Assembly (NCBI GenBank): GCA_965220395.1
Contig: CBDCPT010000001.1
Location: forward strand, 430,401 to 494,400
Direction: 5' to 3'
Source: Arenicellales bacterium
Lineage (GTDB): Bacteria; Pseudomonadota; Gammaproteobacteria; Arenicellales; JAJDZL01
Length of the DNA stretch: 64,000 nucleotides
Positions 18,908 to 28,068 of the stretch are shown here, one piece after another (the stretch's first letter is position 1; the number at the start of each line of letters is the position of its first letter). Under the pieces are notes generated by a model, which had not been told where the DNA came from, ran no database searches, and worked only from the letters and a program-made list of their open reading frames with translations. Position numbers and translations under genes: made by a program.

Positions 18908-21073
18908 TCATTGAATATTCTGCGCCTGTTGTTTGTCACTCAAGTCGATGGTAATCAAATCTGCCAGCACACTGAGTGCTTGGTCCAGAAATACATCACC
19001 TACTCGCTGGGAAGGAAAAGCCTCTTCAGTCAGGTCAGTCGCGGGCGTTAATCCGAGTGAAGAACGAAGTTGATTGAGATTGTTCAACTGTGCTTCGCGA
19101 TCACTATCGAGTGATTTGCGTCGTTGATTTTCATTCAAATAAACCACTTTTTGATCCATACGATCCAAATTGAGGCGCTCTCTCGCGACAATGTATTCAA
19201 CGGCTGGGTTGAATCGAGAGCGTTCTTTGTTCAAGCGACGAATTTCTGGAATTCGGTTTTCGATGAAGTTTGCATCTCGCCAACGAACAACAGATCCTGC
19301 GGGGTTGATGATACCGCCTGCGAGAGCATTCTTTAACGCTCTTTCACCTGTGTTCGCAACGAACTCATTGGTTGCGAACACTACATCAGGAACTACGCCA
19401 AGATGCTGTGTGCTTGAGCCGTTGACTCGATAAAACTGTGCGGTTGAGAGTTTCAAAGTTCCTGAGACATCCATGTTCAAGATTCGGCTGAGTGGCCAAA
19501 TGGTTTGCAGCATCCCCTTTCCATAGGTTGTTTCTCCTACGACAATTCCTCGGCGGTAATCCTGAATGGCACCTGCAAAGATCTCGGATGCGGATGCACT
19601 TCTTCTATCGACCAGCACTACAAGCGGTCCGCCATATACGACTACATTATCTGAGTCACTCTTTATTTCGAGTTCACCTTGCGATTTTTCTACCTGAACA
19701 ATTGGACCGGATTTGAGGTAGAGACTTGTCAGCGACACTGCCTCATGCAGTGCACCTCCTCCGTTTCCACGTAGATCCATAACGATACCATCCACGTGCT
19801 GTTCATTCAGTTGCTGCAGCAATTTCAACACATCTCGGGCAGAACTTCTAGGGAATTCTTCTTTTCCCTCGTCTGGCCTGAAGAGCTCTGAGTAAAAAGC
19901 CGGTAGACTGATTACGCCAAGTTGAAGGATTTTTCCATCGACTTCCAGTTCGACGGTAGATTTTTTTGCCATCTGTTCCTCGAGCTTGACCTGTTCCCGA
20001 GTGATTGCGATTTCTTTGGGGACAGTACCTGGCATTGCATCTATTGGAATTACTTTCAAGAATACAGTTGTTCCCTTAGGACCTCTAATCAAGTCCACCA
20101 CATCTTCCAGTCGCCAGCCGATGATTTCTTGGTAGTTTTGGTTGGCTCTGCTGCGGACTGCTACGATTCTGTCGCCGGCGTGAAGTTTGTTGCCGCGGGA
20201 CGCAGGTCCTCCGGTAATGACGGATTGAACGGTGATTTGCTCATTCTCAGATTTCAGCATGGCGCCAATGCCTTCGAATTGCTGTGATATGCTGATTTCC
20301 AGATTATCGGTACTGTGAGGGGAAAAGTACTCGGAATGTGGATCAAGCTCCTGCAGATAGGAATTCAGAAATATCTCGATTACATCATCCGAATTGTAAA
20401 GGGACACTGACTGCTGCAGTCGCTCGTAGCGTGATTGCAGCGTTTCTTGGATTGCTTTTGAATCATTGTCATTCAGTTTCAGAGTCAAAATGTCATCTTT
20501 AACCAGTTTCCTCCAGAGGTTATCGTATTCTTCCTGATTGTTAATCCAGTCGACAGTGGATCGATCAATCTGCAACTCATCCACTATCTCAAAGTCAAAT
20601 GGGTAGTTAAGTAGCGACTTGGCGTACTCTGTTCGATCCTGAAGACGCTCCTGGAATCGTTTGAAGATTAAAAATACTTCATCCAGATTTCCTTCGTTCA
20701 GGAAGTTATCGAAATAGTAGCGATTTGATTCAAACTGGTTGACGTCGGATTCCAGCAAATAAATTTTCTGTGGGTCCAGTGCATGTAGATACTGGTGCAG
20801 AATCAGTTCGGAAAACTCATTGTTGAGGGGACGCTTTGTGTAGTGAAAATCTTCGGCCATCCTAGCTGTCGTAACGACCGCAATTTTCTGCAATTTCCCA
20901 GCGGACAGCTGTCCGGTTGCCTGTGTGGCGGCAGCAAACTGAGTGTCGCTGTGCTGAACAAAATTTGCATAGTAGATAAAATAGACAAATAACAGAGCGA
21001 GACAGATATTTCCGATTGCTTTCTTGCGTTTCCAGAACTGAAATCGCGAATTGGGATTCAAAGGTCTAGTCAT
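18908..21073 (-). CDS. prc: Tail-specific (C-terminal processing) protease
   Basis: S41 family with a PDZ region and the catalytic block RRSASASEIFAGAIQDYRRGIVVGETTYGKG. The ATG at 21073 (MTRPLNPN..., followed by a TM segment) is preferred; the tracked 21151 start overlaps chaC. Confidence 0.85.
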   Translation of the reverse strand: MTRPLNPNSRFQFWKRKKAIGNICLALLFVYFIYYANFVQHSDTQFAAATQATGQLSAGKLQKIAVVTTARMAEDFHYTKRPLNNEFSELILHQYLHALDPQKIYLLESDVNQFESNRYYFDNFLNEGNLDEVFLIFKRFQERLQDRTEYAKSLLNYPFDFEIVDELQIDRSTVDWINNQEEYDNLWRKLVKDDILTLKLNDNDSKAIQETLQSRYERLQQSVSLYNSDDVIEIFLNSYLQELDPHSEYFSPHSTDNLEISISQQFEGIGAMLKSENEQITVQSVITGGPASRGNKLHAGDRIVAVRSRANQNYQEIIGWRLEDVVDLIRGPKGTTVFLKVIPIDAMPGTVPKEIAITREQVKLEEQMAKKSTVELEVDGKILQLGVISLPAFYSELFRPDEGKEEFPRSSARDVLKLLQQLNEQHVDGIVMDLRGNGGGALHEAVSLTSLYLKSGPIVQVEKSQGELEIKSDSDNVVVYGGPLVVLVDRRSASASEIFAGAIQDYRRGIVVGETTYGKGMLQTIWPLSRILNMDVSGTLKLSTAQFYRVNGSSTQHLGVVPDVVFATNEFVANTGERALKNALAGGIINPAGSVVRWRDANFIENRIPEIRRLNKERSRFNPAVEYIVARERLNLDRMDQKVVYLNENQRRKSLDSDREAQLNNLNQLRSSLGLTPATDLTEEAFPSQRVGDVFLDQALSVLADLITIDLSDKQQAQNIQ

Positions 21074-21686
21074 CACTGTTGTCAGAAATTCGATTGACGT
21101 GTGCACTCGCAAGTTGACTGACTGTATAAAGTCCACGATCGTGAATGCCAATCGTTTCGAGGGAATTCAAAGTTGATTGCACATAGTCGAGATTTGCGCC
21201 TCTTTGCCCGCAGGCATTCGCAACTATGCTCGCGGTTTGGTCGATGGTCAGGTTGTTAACGTAAGATGGATGTTGTCTTTTGACAATGAAGACAATTGCA
21301 CCGACGTTGCGCCCGTCATTCAGCGTGACTGACCTAATGGATGGATCATAGATATCGTTCAGCATTTCTCGATCCTGCAGATAGTCTGCCACTTCACGCT
21401 GTCTGGCAAGATCTATGTGGTAACTGACTCCAGCACAGGATCCGCCTCGATCCAGTCCGAATACTAGTCCAGGTTTGTCATCAGTGCCGCGGTATCGTAC
21501 CGAACGAATACACAGTGAACGATGAAATCCATAGATTCGAGCACGAATGGATTCCACGTATGGAAATCCCGGATCCCACATAAGCGAACCATACCCAAAC
21601 ACCCACAAATTGTGAATCGGAAGATTCAGTCGTTCGTAGATGGATTGGCTAGTTGACACTAATTGTTCCCACAATGCTGCGTTCAT
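21066..21686 (-). CDS. chaC: ChaC-family gamma-glutamylcyclotransferase
   Basis: Hallmark WVFGYGSLMWDPGF at the N-terminus; 206 aa. The exact start is uncertain because it overlaps the upstream stop by 38 nt. Confidence 0.8.
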   Translation of the reverse strand: MNAALWEQLVSTSQSIYERLNLPIHNLWVFGYGSLMWDPGFPYVESIRARIYGFHRSLCIRSVRYRGTDDKPGLVFGLDRGGSCAGVSYHIDLARQREVADYLQDREMLNDIYDPSIRSVTLNDGRNVGAIVFIVKRQHPSYVNNLTIDQTASIVANACGQRGANLDYVQSTLNSLETIGIHDRGLYTVSQLASAHVNRISDNSDD

Positions 21687-22833
21687 ACAAATCTTCGAAC
21701 CCTTCCTGTGACATTTTCAGAGGATTGGTTGATGTCGATGGGTCGATCATCGCCATTTCGGAGAATTTTTCGATATGTCCAGTTGTGACGCCGAGTTCAC
21801 TCAGTGTACGAGGGATGCCAATTTCGTTGCGCATCGACAGTACCCAGTGAATTACGGAATCGGGAGATGGATGTGGCAAATCCAGATATCGCGCCAGCGC
21901 GGTCAGTCGCTCGTCGATTGCTTCAACATTGAATTCCAGCACATACGGCATGACCACGGCATTGGTGGTTCCATGATGGGTACCGAGTACTGAACCGCAG
22001 GGATGGCTGAGGCTGTGCATTGCACCAAGGCCTTTTTGAAAGGCAGTGGCGCCCATGGAAGAGGCAACCTGCATCTGTGCTCGCGCTTCAATATTGCTGC
22101 CATCCTTGCAAGCTGTGTCCAGCCAGTCTCTGATCAGTCGCATCCCTTCCAGTGCAATGCCTTGTGCCAGCGGATGAAAAATTGGGCTGCAATAGGCTTC
22201 AAGATTGTGAGACAGCGCATCCATTCCTACGCCAGCGGTAAGCAGAGCCGGCAGTCCGACTGTAACTTCTGGATCAAGTATCACGCAGACTGGAAGCATT
22301 TTGGGGTGAAAAATAATTTTTTTCGTTTGGTCGATCATATCCGTGATGACCGAAGCCCTGCCGACTTCGGATCCTGTTCCGGAAGTCGTTGGTATGGCGA
22401 TTGTTGGCACAATGGCATCCGCATTGGCGCGGGTATACCAGTCTTCCCGATCCTCGAAATCCCAGATTGGCAGTGTCTGGCCGACCATCAATGCGATTGC
22501 TTTGCCGACATCCAATGCGCTGCCACCGCCTAGTGCGATGACTCCATCGTGCTCACCGGATTTGAACTTTGCAACACCTTGCGACACATTGGATTCAACC
22601 GGATTGGCCTGCAAATCAGAAAAGATCGTGCAGTTTTTAAGATTCGTACTACACAACTCCCTAATCTGTTCGACCATCGGCAGTTTGAGCAGGCCTGGGT
22701 CGGTGACTAGTAACGGGCTTGAAATTCCGAACTCGGTACAAATTGTAGAAATTTCCTGTATTCGGCCGCTGCCGAATCTCATGGCTGTAGGGTAATGCCA
22801 GTTATTTGAGTGTGAAGGGCTTTGATAACTCAT
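21649..22833 (-). CDS. Iron-containing (group III) alcohol dehydrogenase
   Basis: GGGSALDVGKAIA NAD motif and a His-rich metal site (HNLEAY..., HSLSHP). Confidence 0.8.
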   Translation of the reverse strand: MSYQSPSHSNNWHYPTAMRFGSGRIQEISTICTEFGISSPLLVTDPGLLKLPMVEQIRELCSTNLKNCTIFSDLQANPVESNVSQGVAKFKSGEHDGVIALGGGSALDVGKAIALMVGQTLPIWDFEDREDWYTRANADAIVPTIAIPTTSGTGSEVGRASVITDMIDQTKKIIFHPKMLPVCVILDPEVTVGLPALLTAGVGMDALSHNLEAYCSPIFHPLAQGIALEGMRLIRDWLDTACKDGSNIEARAQMQVASSMGATAFQKGLGAMHSLSHPCGSVLGTHHGTTNAVVMPYVLEFNVEAIDERLTALARYLDLPHPSPDSVIHWVLSMRNEIGIPRTLSELGVTTGHIEKFSEMAMIDPSTSTNPLKMSQEGFEDLYERSIVGTISVN

Positions 22834-23123
22834 CAGAACAACTTGTTTATCAAGTTAGGTACGACCACTAGATGGAAAATTCAATAATCATATTACAACC
22901 TATGAGTCAGAATGCACAATAATTGAACAAGAATCACGGATTGTGATTGCTATATTTGCCAAACCAATTCAGTATCTGCAAACTGACTCCGTTGGAGTTT
23001 CTTTGCGGCTCAGGCGGCGAGTAAATCTGTTTATCAGTATCATTGTATTGCAATTTTAAGTTACTTGCTTACACCTGATACGAATTTGAGTCAGGAAATC
23101 TTACAGATAATCAACAGTGAATC

Positions 23124-24314
23124 ATGCACATACACCTTAATCCTGTTGGCGGAATCGCTGGCGACATGTTCGTAGCCGCCGTTCTGGATCTATTTCCACA
23201 CCTGGAAGATCCTATGATGGAGGTTTTGCATAAAGTCGATTCTCTCACGGATGTCAATGTAAGACTGGTTACCCACCATGATTCGGTATTGACAGGCAGG
23301 AAATTTGAAGTAGAAGAAAAGAAAATGGACCATCCGCATTCTCGCTATGTAGATTTACGAGCGCAAATTAGTGGTTCTGAACTATCTGTCGGTGTCCGTG
23401 AACTGGCGTGTTGTATTTTGGAACACTTAGCAGTTGCGGAATCTGTGGTTCATGGAATACCCCTTGAACAGGTCACTCTGCATGAGGCCGGTTCGCTTGA
23501 TTCGTTGACAGATATTGTTTGTTCAGCCTTTCTCATAGACGCTCTAGGTCCGGTTACATGGTCCAGTGACGCCTTACCGGCAGGCAGGGGTCTGGTAAAA
23601 ACAGATCATGGGGAACTGCCGCTGCCAGTACCTGCAGTCGCTCATCTTCTAACTGGCTGTCCGGTCTATGATGACGGACGATTCGGCGAAAGAATCACGC
23701 CAACTGGCGCGTCAATTCTGCGAGCTCTGAACCCTGAATTCGATTCACGAAATCACACGATGATTCTTTCGCAAATCGGTACAGGATTCGGAAATTCAAA
23801 ATTTCAAGGCATAAGCAATGTACTTCGTTTGATTATGTATGATGACCAAGCGAGTGATTTGCAGAATGAAACGGTGGCTGTGCTTGAGTTCGAGATTGAT
23901 GATCAGTCGCCGGAAGATTTAAGCATTGGCCTGGATCGAATCCGAGAAATGCCCGGCGTGCGGGATGTCATTCAGATTGCAGCGACCGGTAAGAAAGGGA
24001 GAATCACGATTCATGTCCAGATTTTGGTGGAAGCTAGAAATTTGAAGGAGATTGCAGTTGCATGTACGACTGAAACTTCGACGCTGGGTGTACGTTGTCG
24101 GTTATCCGAGCGATTCACAGTGAATCGAGAAACTATTCTGCACGAAGATGGAGAATCGATCGTTCCGGTCAAAGTCGCTAAGCGACCGGGTGGTAAAAAT
24201 ACCGCAAAAGTGGAAGCTGATCATCTCGGAAAAGCAGGTAACTTCAGCCAAAGAAAACAGTTGAAACAAAATACGGAAATCGACGTAGAGAGGGAAATTC
24301 TCAAACGCGGTTGA
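23124..24314 (+). CDS. larC: LarC, nickel insertase for the nickel-pincer nucleotide cofactor (DUF111)
   Basis: N-terminus MHIHLNPVGGIAGDMFVAA is the DUF111/LarC hallmark. It is a single uninterrupted 396-aa ORF. Confidence 0.85.
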   Translation: MHIHLNPVGGIAGDMFVAAVLDLFPHLEDPMMEVLHKVDSLTDVNVRLVTHHDSVLTGRKFEVEEKKMDHPHSRYVDLRAQISGSELSVGVRELACCILEHLAVAESVVHGIPLEQVTLHEAGSLDSLTDIVCSAFLIDALGPVTWSSDALPAGRGLVKTDHGELPLPVPAVAHLLTGCPVYDDGRFGERITPTGASILRALNPEFDSRNHTMILSQIGTGFGNSKFQGISNVLRLIMYDDQASDLQNETVAVLEFEIDDQSPEDLSIGLDRIREMPGVRDVIQIAATGKKGRITIHVQILVEARNLKEIAVACTTETSTLGVRCRLSERFTVNRETILHEDGESIVPVKVAKRPGGKNTAKVEADHLGKAGNFSQRKQLKQNTEIDVEREILKRG

Positions 24315-24476
24315 TGCACTTGTTTAACAGTAAGCGCACAATCGAATAGTGGGGGAGGGCATCTTCCGACGTTGGACACCCTGGCGGGTTGTCAGTAGTA
24401 AAATTGACAGTAGAGACAAAATCACATGTGATGTTCAATTTTGCCCGTGACAATCTCATGAAATCAAATATTCAAT

Positions 24477-25328
24477 ATGACTGCAATGCAAGTTCACCCA
24501 CATCAAATGCCCCACGAGAACGCAGAACTGCAACTAGAGCATCTACAGAACACACTTTCTAAGATTGGTTCGCTTATCGTTGCAGTAAGTGGCGGGATAG
24601 ACAGTACTCTTTTGGCGGTCATCACGGCCCGACACAGCGATGTAGATGTTCAAATGGTGCATGCCATTTCTCCGGCTGTCCCAGAACTGGCAACGCAAAG
24701 GGTGCAACGTTATGCTCGCGCAGAAAATTGGCGGCTGTGGATTTCCGATGCAGGGGAATTTCGTGACAGCAGATACATGAATAACCCAGTTGACCGGTGC
24801 TTTTACTGTAAATCCAATCTCTATCGATACATTACTGAGCAATTTAAAGATATTCAGGTTGTGTCTGGAGCGAATTGCAGCGACCTGACTGACTATCGGC
24901 CAGGATTGAAGGCTGCGACGGAATATGGAGTGCGACACCCCTACGTTGAAGCTGGAATCTCTAAATTAGGGATCCGGGAGATTGCGCGATTTTTGAATCT
25001 TGACGATCTTTCAGAACTTCCTGCATCCCCTTGTCTTTCAAGCCGGGTTGAGACTGGAATCCCGATTGAATCAACTTCATTGAAGGCGATTGATCGAGTG
25101 GAAACTGAAATCAAGAGCAGGCTGCGGACAAAGGCCGTTCGTTGCCGGATACGGCGAGAAGGCATTGTCGTTGAATTGGACAATGACGCGTTATCCAAGA
25201 TTGGCAGAGAGGACAGGCAAGCAGTTCGCGCTGTAGTCCAAAGTTCTTTTTCAGATAGGAAAGCACAGGTCACAGTTGATTTTGAAGAGTATCGCATGGG
25301 CAGTGCTTTTATCCGAGAGACGAAGTGA
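24477..25328 (+). CDS. larE: LarE, ATP-dependent sacrificial sulfur transferase (PP-loop)
   Basis: PP-loop VAVSGGIDSTLLA and the sacrificial-Cys context PASPCLSSRVETG. Confidence 0.85.
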   Translation: MTAMQVHPHQMPHENAELQLEHLQNTLSKIGSLIVAVSGGIDSTLLAVITARHSDVDVQMVHAISPAVPELATQRVQRYARAENWRLWISDAGEFRDSRYMNNPVDRCFYCKSNLYRYITEQFKDIQVVSGANCSDLTDYRPGLKAATEYGVRHPYVEAGISKLGIREIARFLNLDDLSELPASPCLSSRVETGIPIESTSLKAIDRVETEIKSRLRTKAVRCRIRREGIVVELDNDALSKIGREDRQAVRAVVQSSFSDRKAQVTVDFEEYRMGSAFIRETK

Positions 25329-25987
25329 TGCCGGATTACGACTTCATGCCGGATTCCGATCGACAAAATCGCGTAGGATTGGATGAAGCTGTACTCTGCG
25401 AATTCAAGACACCAGAGCAGATAGAGCGGATTGTTGAGAAGTCGGAAAGTAAAGGGCTAAATCTATTGCTGACGCGATTGAAACAGGATGATTACTCGGA
25501 GCTCAAGGAGCCTGTGAGGTCTTTGATTGACTACGAAGAGATTTCGCGAACCGGAATCGTTGGAACCTGCCCCAAGCCGAGCAAATCCAGTCAAATTGCG
25601 ATTGTGACTGCGGGTACATCGGACGTGGGGGTTGCTCGTGAAGCGGTGCGAACTCTTTTGTTTCACGGAATTGGCAGCGAAGAATTTTATGATGTGGGGG
25701 TTGCAGGACTATGGCGAGTGATGAAAATTGAATCGAACCTGAGACAAAAATCAGCTGTAATCGTTGTTGCCGGTATGGATGCTGCGCTGCCTTCAGTTAT
25801 TGCCGGGCTGATTCCTGCTGCAGTCATAGCAGTACCTACATCGGTTGGTTATGGTGTTGCTGAAGGAGGATATTCCGCACTGGAGTCGATTCTTTCCAGT
25901 TGCGCACCAGGTCTTGCAACAGTGAACATTGACAACGGATATGGCGCTGCCTGTGCAGTGATTCGAATCATCAACAGTGTTCGTTGA
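25325..25987 (+). CDS. larB: LarB, NaAD carboxylase/hydrolase (AIR-carboxylase-like)
   Basis: PurE-like IAIVTAGTSDVGVAREA and VVAGMDAALPSVIAGL. 4-nt overlap with larE. Confidence 0.85.
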   Translation: MMPDYDFMPDSDRQNRVGLDEAVLCEFKTPEQIERIVEKSESKGLNLLLTRLKQDDYSELKEPVRSLIDYEEISRTGIVGTCPKPSKSSQIAIVTAGTSDVGVAREAVRTLLFHGIGSEEFYDVGVAGLWRVMKIESNLRQKSAVIVVAGMDAALPSVIAGLIPAAVIAVPTSVGYGVAEGGYSALESILSSCAPGLATVNIDNGYGAACAVIRIINSVR

Positions 25988-27401
25988 GTCTGTGGTGTCC
26001 ATTGTGAAAGCAAAGACCGTACAGGCTGATTTCGGGCGCGAGACAATTGATATTGAGGTGCCTGAAAATTCGGCAGTCATCGAATTTCAAGATCCAGAGT
26101 TTTTGACCGAGCCCGTAAGAAGCATTGTCGATGCATTGACCGATCCAGTAGGGAGTCCACCGCTTGCCGACCTGGTGAAACCCGGCATGACCGTGGCAAT
26201 CGGTTTCGATGATCCAACCCGACCGCCGCTTCCGTGGCAGACAATCCTGCCTTTGGTGATTGATGTATTGACACGAAATGGTGTTAAGGAAAAAGATATT
26301 TCATTGATTTGCGCGAACGGTGCGCACCGCAAGTGGTTTCCAGATGAGTTGAAGAGATTTCTCGGAGACAAGTTGTTTGATAGATTCTGGAATAGTGGGC
26401 AGATTATCAATCATGATTGTCAAAATCCTGCTGAATTGACCTATCTGGGTACAACCGAGCGAGGAGGTTATGTCGAGCACAACCGGAGATTTGTCGAGGC
26501 CGACCTGTCAATATACGTGGGGACGGTGTCGGCGACGTATGTAGGAGGCTATTCCGGAACCGGTGCAGTAACCGGGCTCGCTTCTGCAAACAGCTTAGCT
26601 TCCCATCACTCACATCGCTTCTGGCATCATCCCAAATCAACGACCGGAGATCATAGGACGATGATGTATCGTGGAATGAAAGCCGAAGTTCATGACTACA
26701 TGGAACAGGCGATGGGGAAGAGAATTTTTTATGTAAATTCTGTAGTCGGAATAGGCGGCAGAATTGCGGGCGTATTCGCAGGATATTCGCCTGAAGTTGA
26801 AGCGCCATGCTGGGACTTGGCCGACACCTACAATATTTATCCTGCACCACAGGCAGATGTGATGATTGTCGGTCTGAGTAATTGGTTCGCTTACGGAGAA
26901 TCGGACAACACGCTCATTGCGTCAATAGGATGTCTGAATCCTCCCAGAATCTGGTTAAATAAACCTGTTCTGCGAGAAGGCGGTGTCGTTATCGGATTGA
27001 ATCCATCTTCAGGTTACATTGATCCGACAATGTATCCGTCATATCAAGAAGTGATCAATCTGTATGATCGTCATCACGACATAAGTGAATTGTCAGAGCA
27101 TGAACTCGAAATCAGTTCACGGCCTGAGTATCTTGAATTGTACCAAAATGGAAATTCGTATCATCCAAGGCATCCGTTCTGGCTGATGTATATCGGTCAC
27201 TACACACTGAACCGAGCATCAGCTGTAATTATGGCGGGTACGAAGAATCCGGGTGCGTTCAGAAAACTTGGGATCACACCTGCCAGAGATTTCTCTCACG
27301 CCTGGAAAATTGCAACGAAAATAACCGGGACTAATCCTGCAACTGTGGTTGCGCCCACTTTCTGGACTCGCCGTCAGTTCAAATTTGACGTTGTTGTGTG
27401 A
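25977..27401 (+). CDS. larA: LarA-family nickel-dependent 2-hydroxyacid racemase/epimerase homologue (DUF2088)
   Basis: LarA N-domain pattern IDIEVPENSAVIEF...ALTDPVGSPPLADLV...VAIGFDDPTRP and ICANGAHRKW. The start is GTG at 25977 or 26004 (uncertain). Confidence 0.7.
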   Translation: MFVESVVSIVKAKTVQADFGRETIDIEVPENSAVIEFQDPEFLTEPVRSIVDALTDPVGSPPLADLVKPGMTVAIGFDDPTRPPLPWQTILPLVIDVLTRNGVKEKDISLICANGAHRKWFPDELKRFLGDKLFDRFWNSGQIINHDCQNPAELTYLGTTERGGYVEHNRRFVEADLSIYVGTVSATYVGGYSGTGAVTGLASANSLASHHSHRFWHHPKSTTGDHRTMMYRGMKAEVHDYMEQAMGKRIFYVNSVVGIGGRIAGVFAGYSPEVEAPCWDLADTYNIYPAPQADVMIVGLSNWFAYGESDNTLIASIGCLNPPRIWLNKPVLREGGVVIGLNPSSGYIDPTMYPSYQEVINLYDRHHDISELSEHELEISSRPEYLELYQNGNSYHPRHPFWLMYIGHYTLNRASAVIMAGTKNPGAFRKLGITPARDFSHAWKIATKITGTNPATVVAPTFWTRRQFKFDVVV

Positions 27402-27528
27402 AAATCTTTCCTAATTATCTCTGAAGGAAAGATGAGGTTTGTCATTAATATCTTATATCTAAATATATGATTAATAATAGTTTTGTTCACTAAACAAAAT
27501 CAGAATCAACTCCTTTTGCGTTCGTTCT

Positions 27529-27750
27529 TCAATCTTTGTCTTGAATCTCATGTTCGACCTCATCCCAGTCTAGCCATTTAGCATCTAGGTCTTTGAGGCG
27601 TTCCAATGATATAGAAACATCTTCGAATTCTTCAAGAAAATGGCTTATAGCTTGGCGGAGGACTTCTGACCGATTGTAGTTGAAGTAGACCGCCGCCGCG
27701 TCTAGTTCTCTAGCAACAACATCAGGTACTCGAGTAGTGATCTGGATCAT
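27529..27750 (-). CDS. Ribbon-helix-helix (CopG/RelB-ParD-like) antitoxin-type protein, no partner toxin
   Basis: 73 aa. N-terminal RHH pattern IQITTRVPDVVARELDAAAV...RSEVLRQAISHFLEE and an acidic tail with WLDWDEV. No ORF follows within the 127-bp downstream gap. Confidence 0.6.
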   Translation of the reverse strand: MIQITTRVPDVVARELDAAAVYFNYNRSEVLRQAISHFLEEFEDVSISLERLKDLDAKWLDWDEVEHEIQDKD

Positions 27751-28068
27751 GAAAATCTCTCAAATCTGTTTTTGAATTTCCATCTGGAATAATAACAATT
27801 TTTTAACCTCTTGCAGGTTCGTTTGGCGCTTCATAGCGAACAGGAATTTCGTTAGTTTAGGTGTCGTGAGGTGTGATCGGTCAGCCTTCTTCGGCAAGGG
27901 CCGATACAACAACCGAAGTTGTCGGTGCAAGCGAGTGTTTCTTTTACAAATAATTTGTGCCTAGCATCGCTGTAAGCAGCAATGAATGATGTCGTTGACC
28001 GTAGCCGTATAATGAACTTCACGCATAAATCCTACGTCAGAAAAAAACTGCACTTTCGCCCCTCTTAC

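Noticed and set aside
22003-22795. 176-aa and 150-aa plus-strand ORFs opposite the alcohol dehydrogenase gene
   Set aside because: They are antisense to a well-supported 394-aa Fe-ADH gene. Their Cys/His/Arg-rich, low-complexity translations are typical of shadow ORFs.
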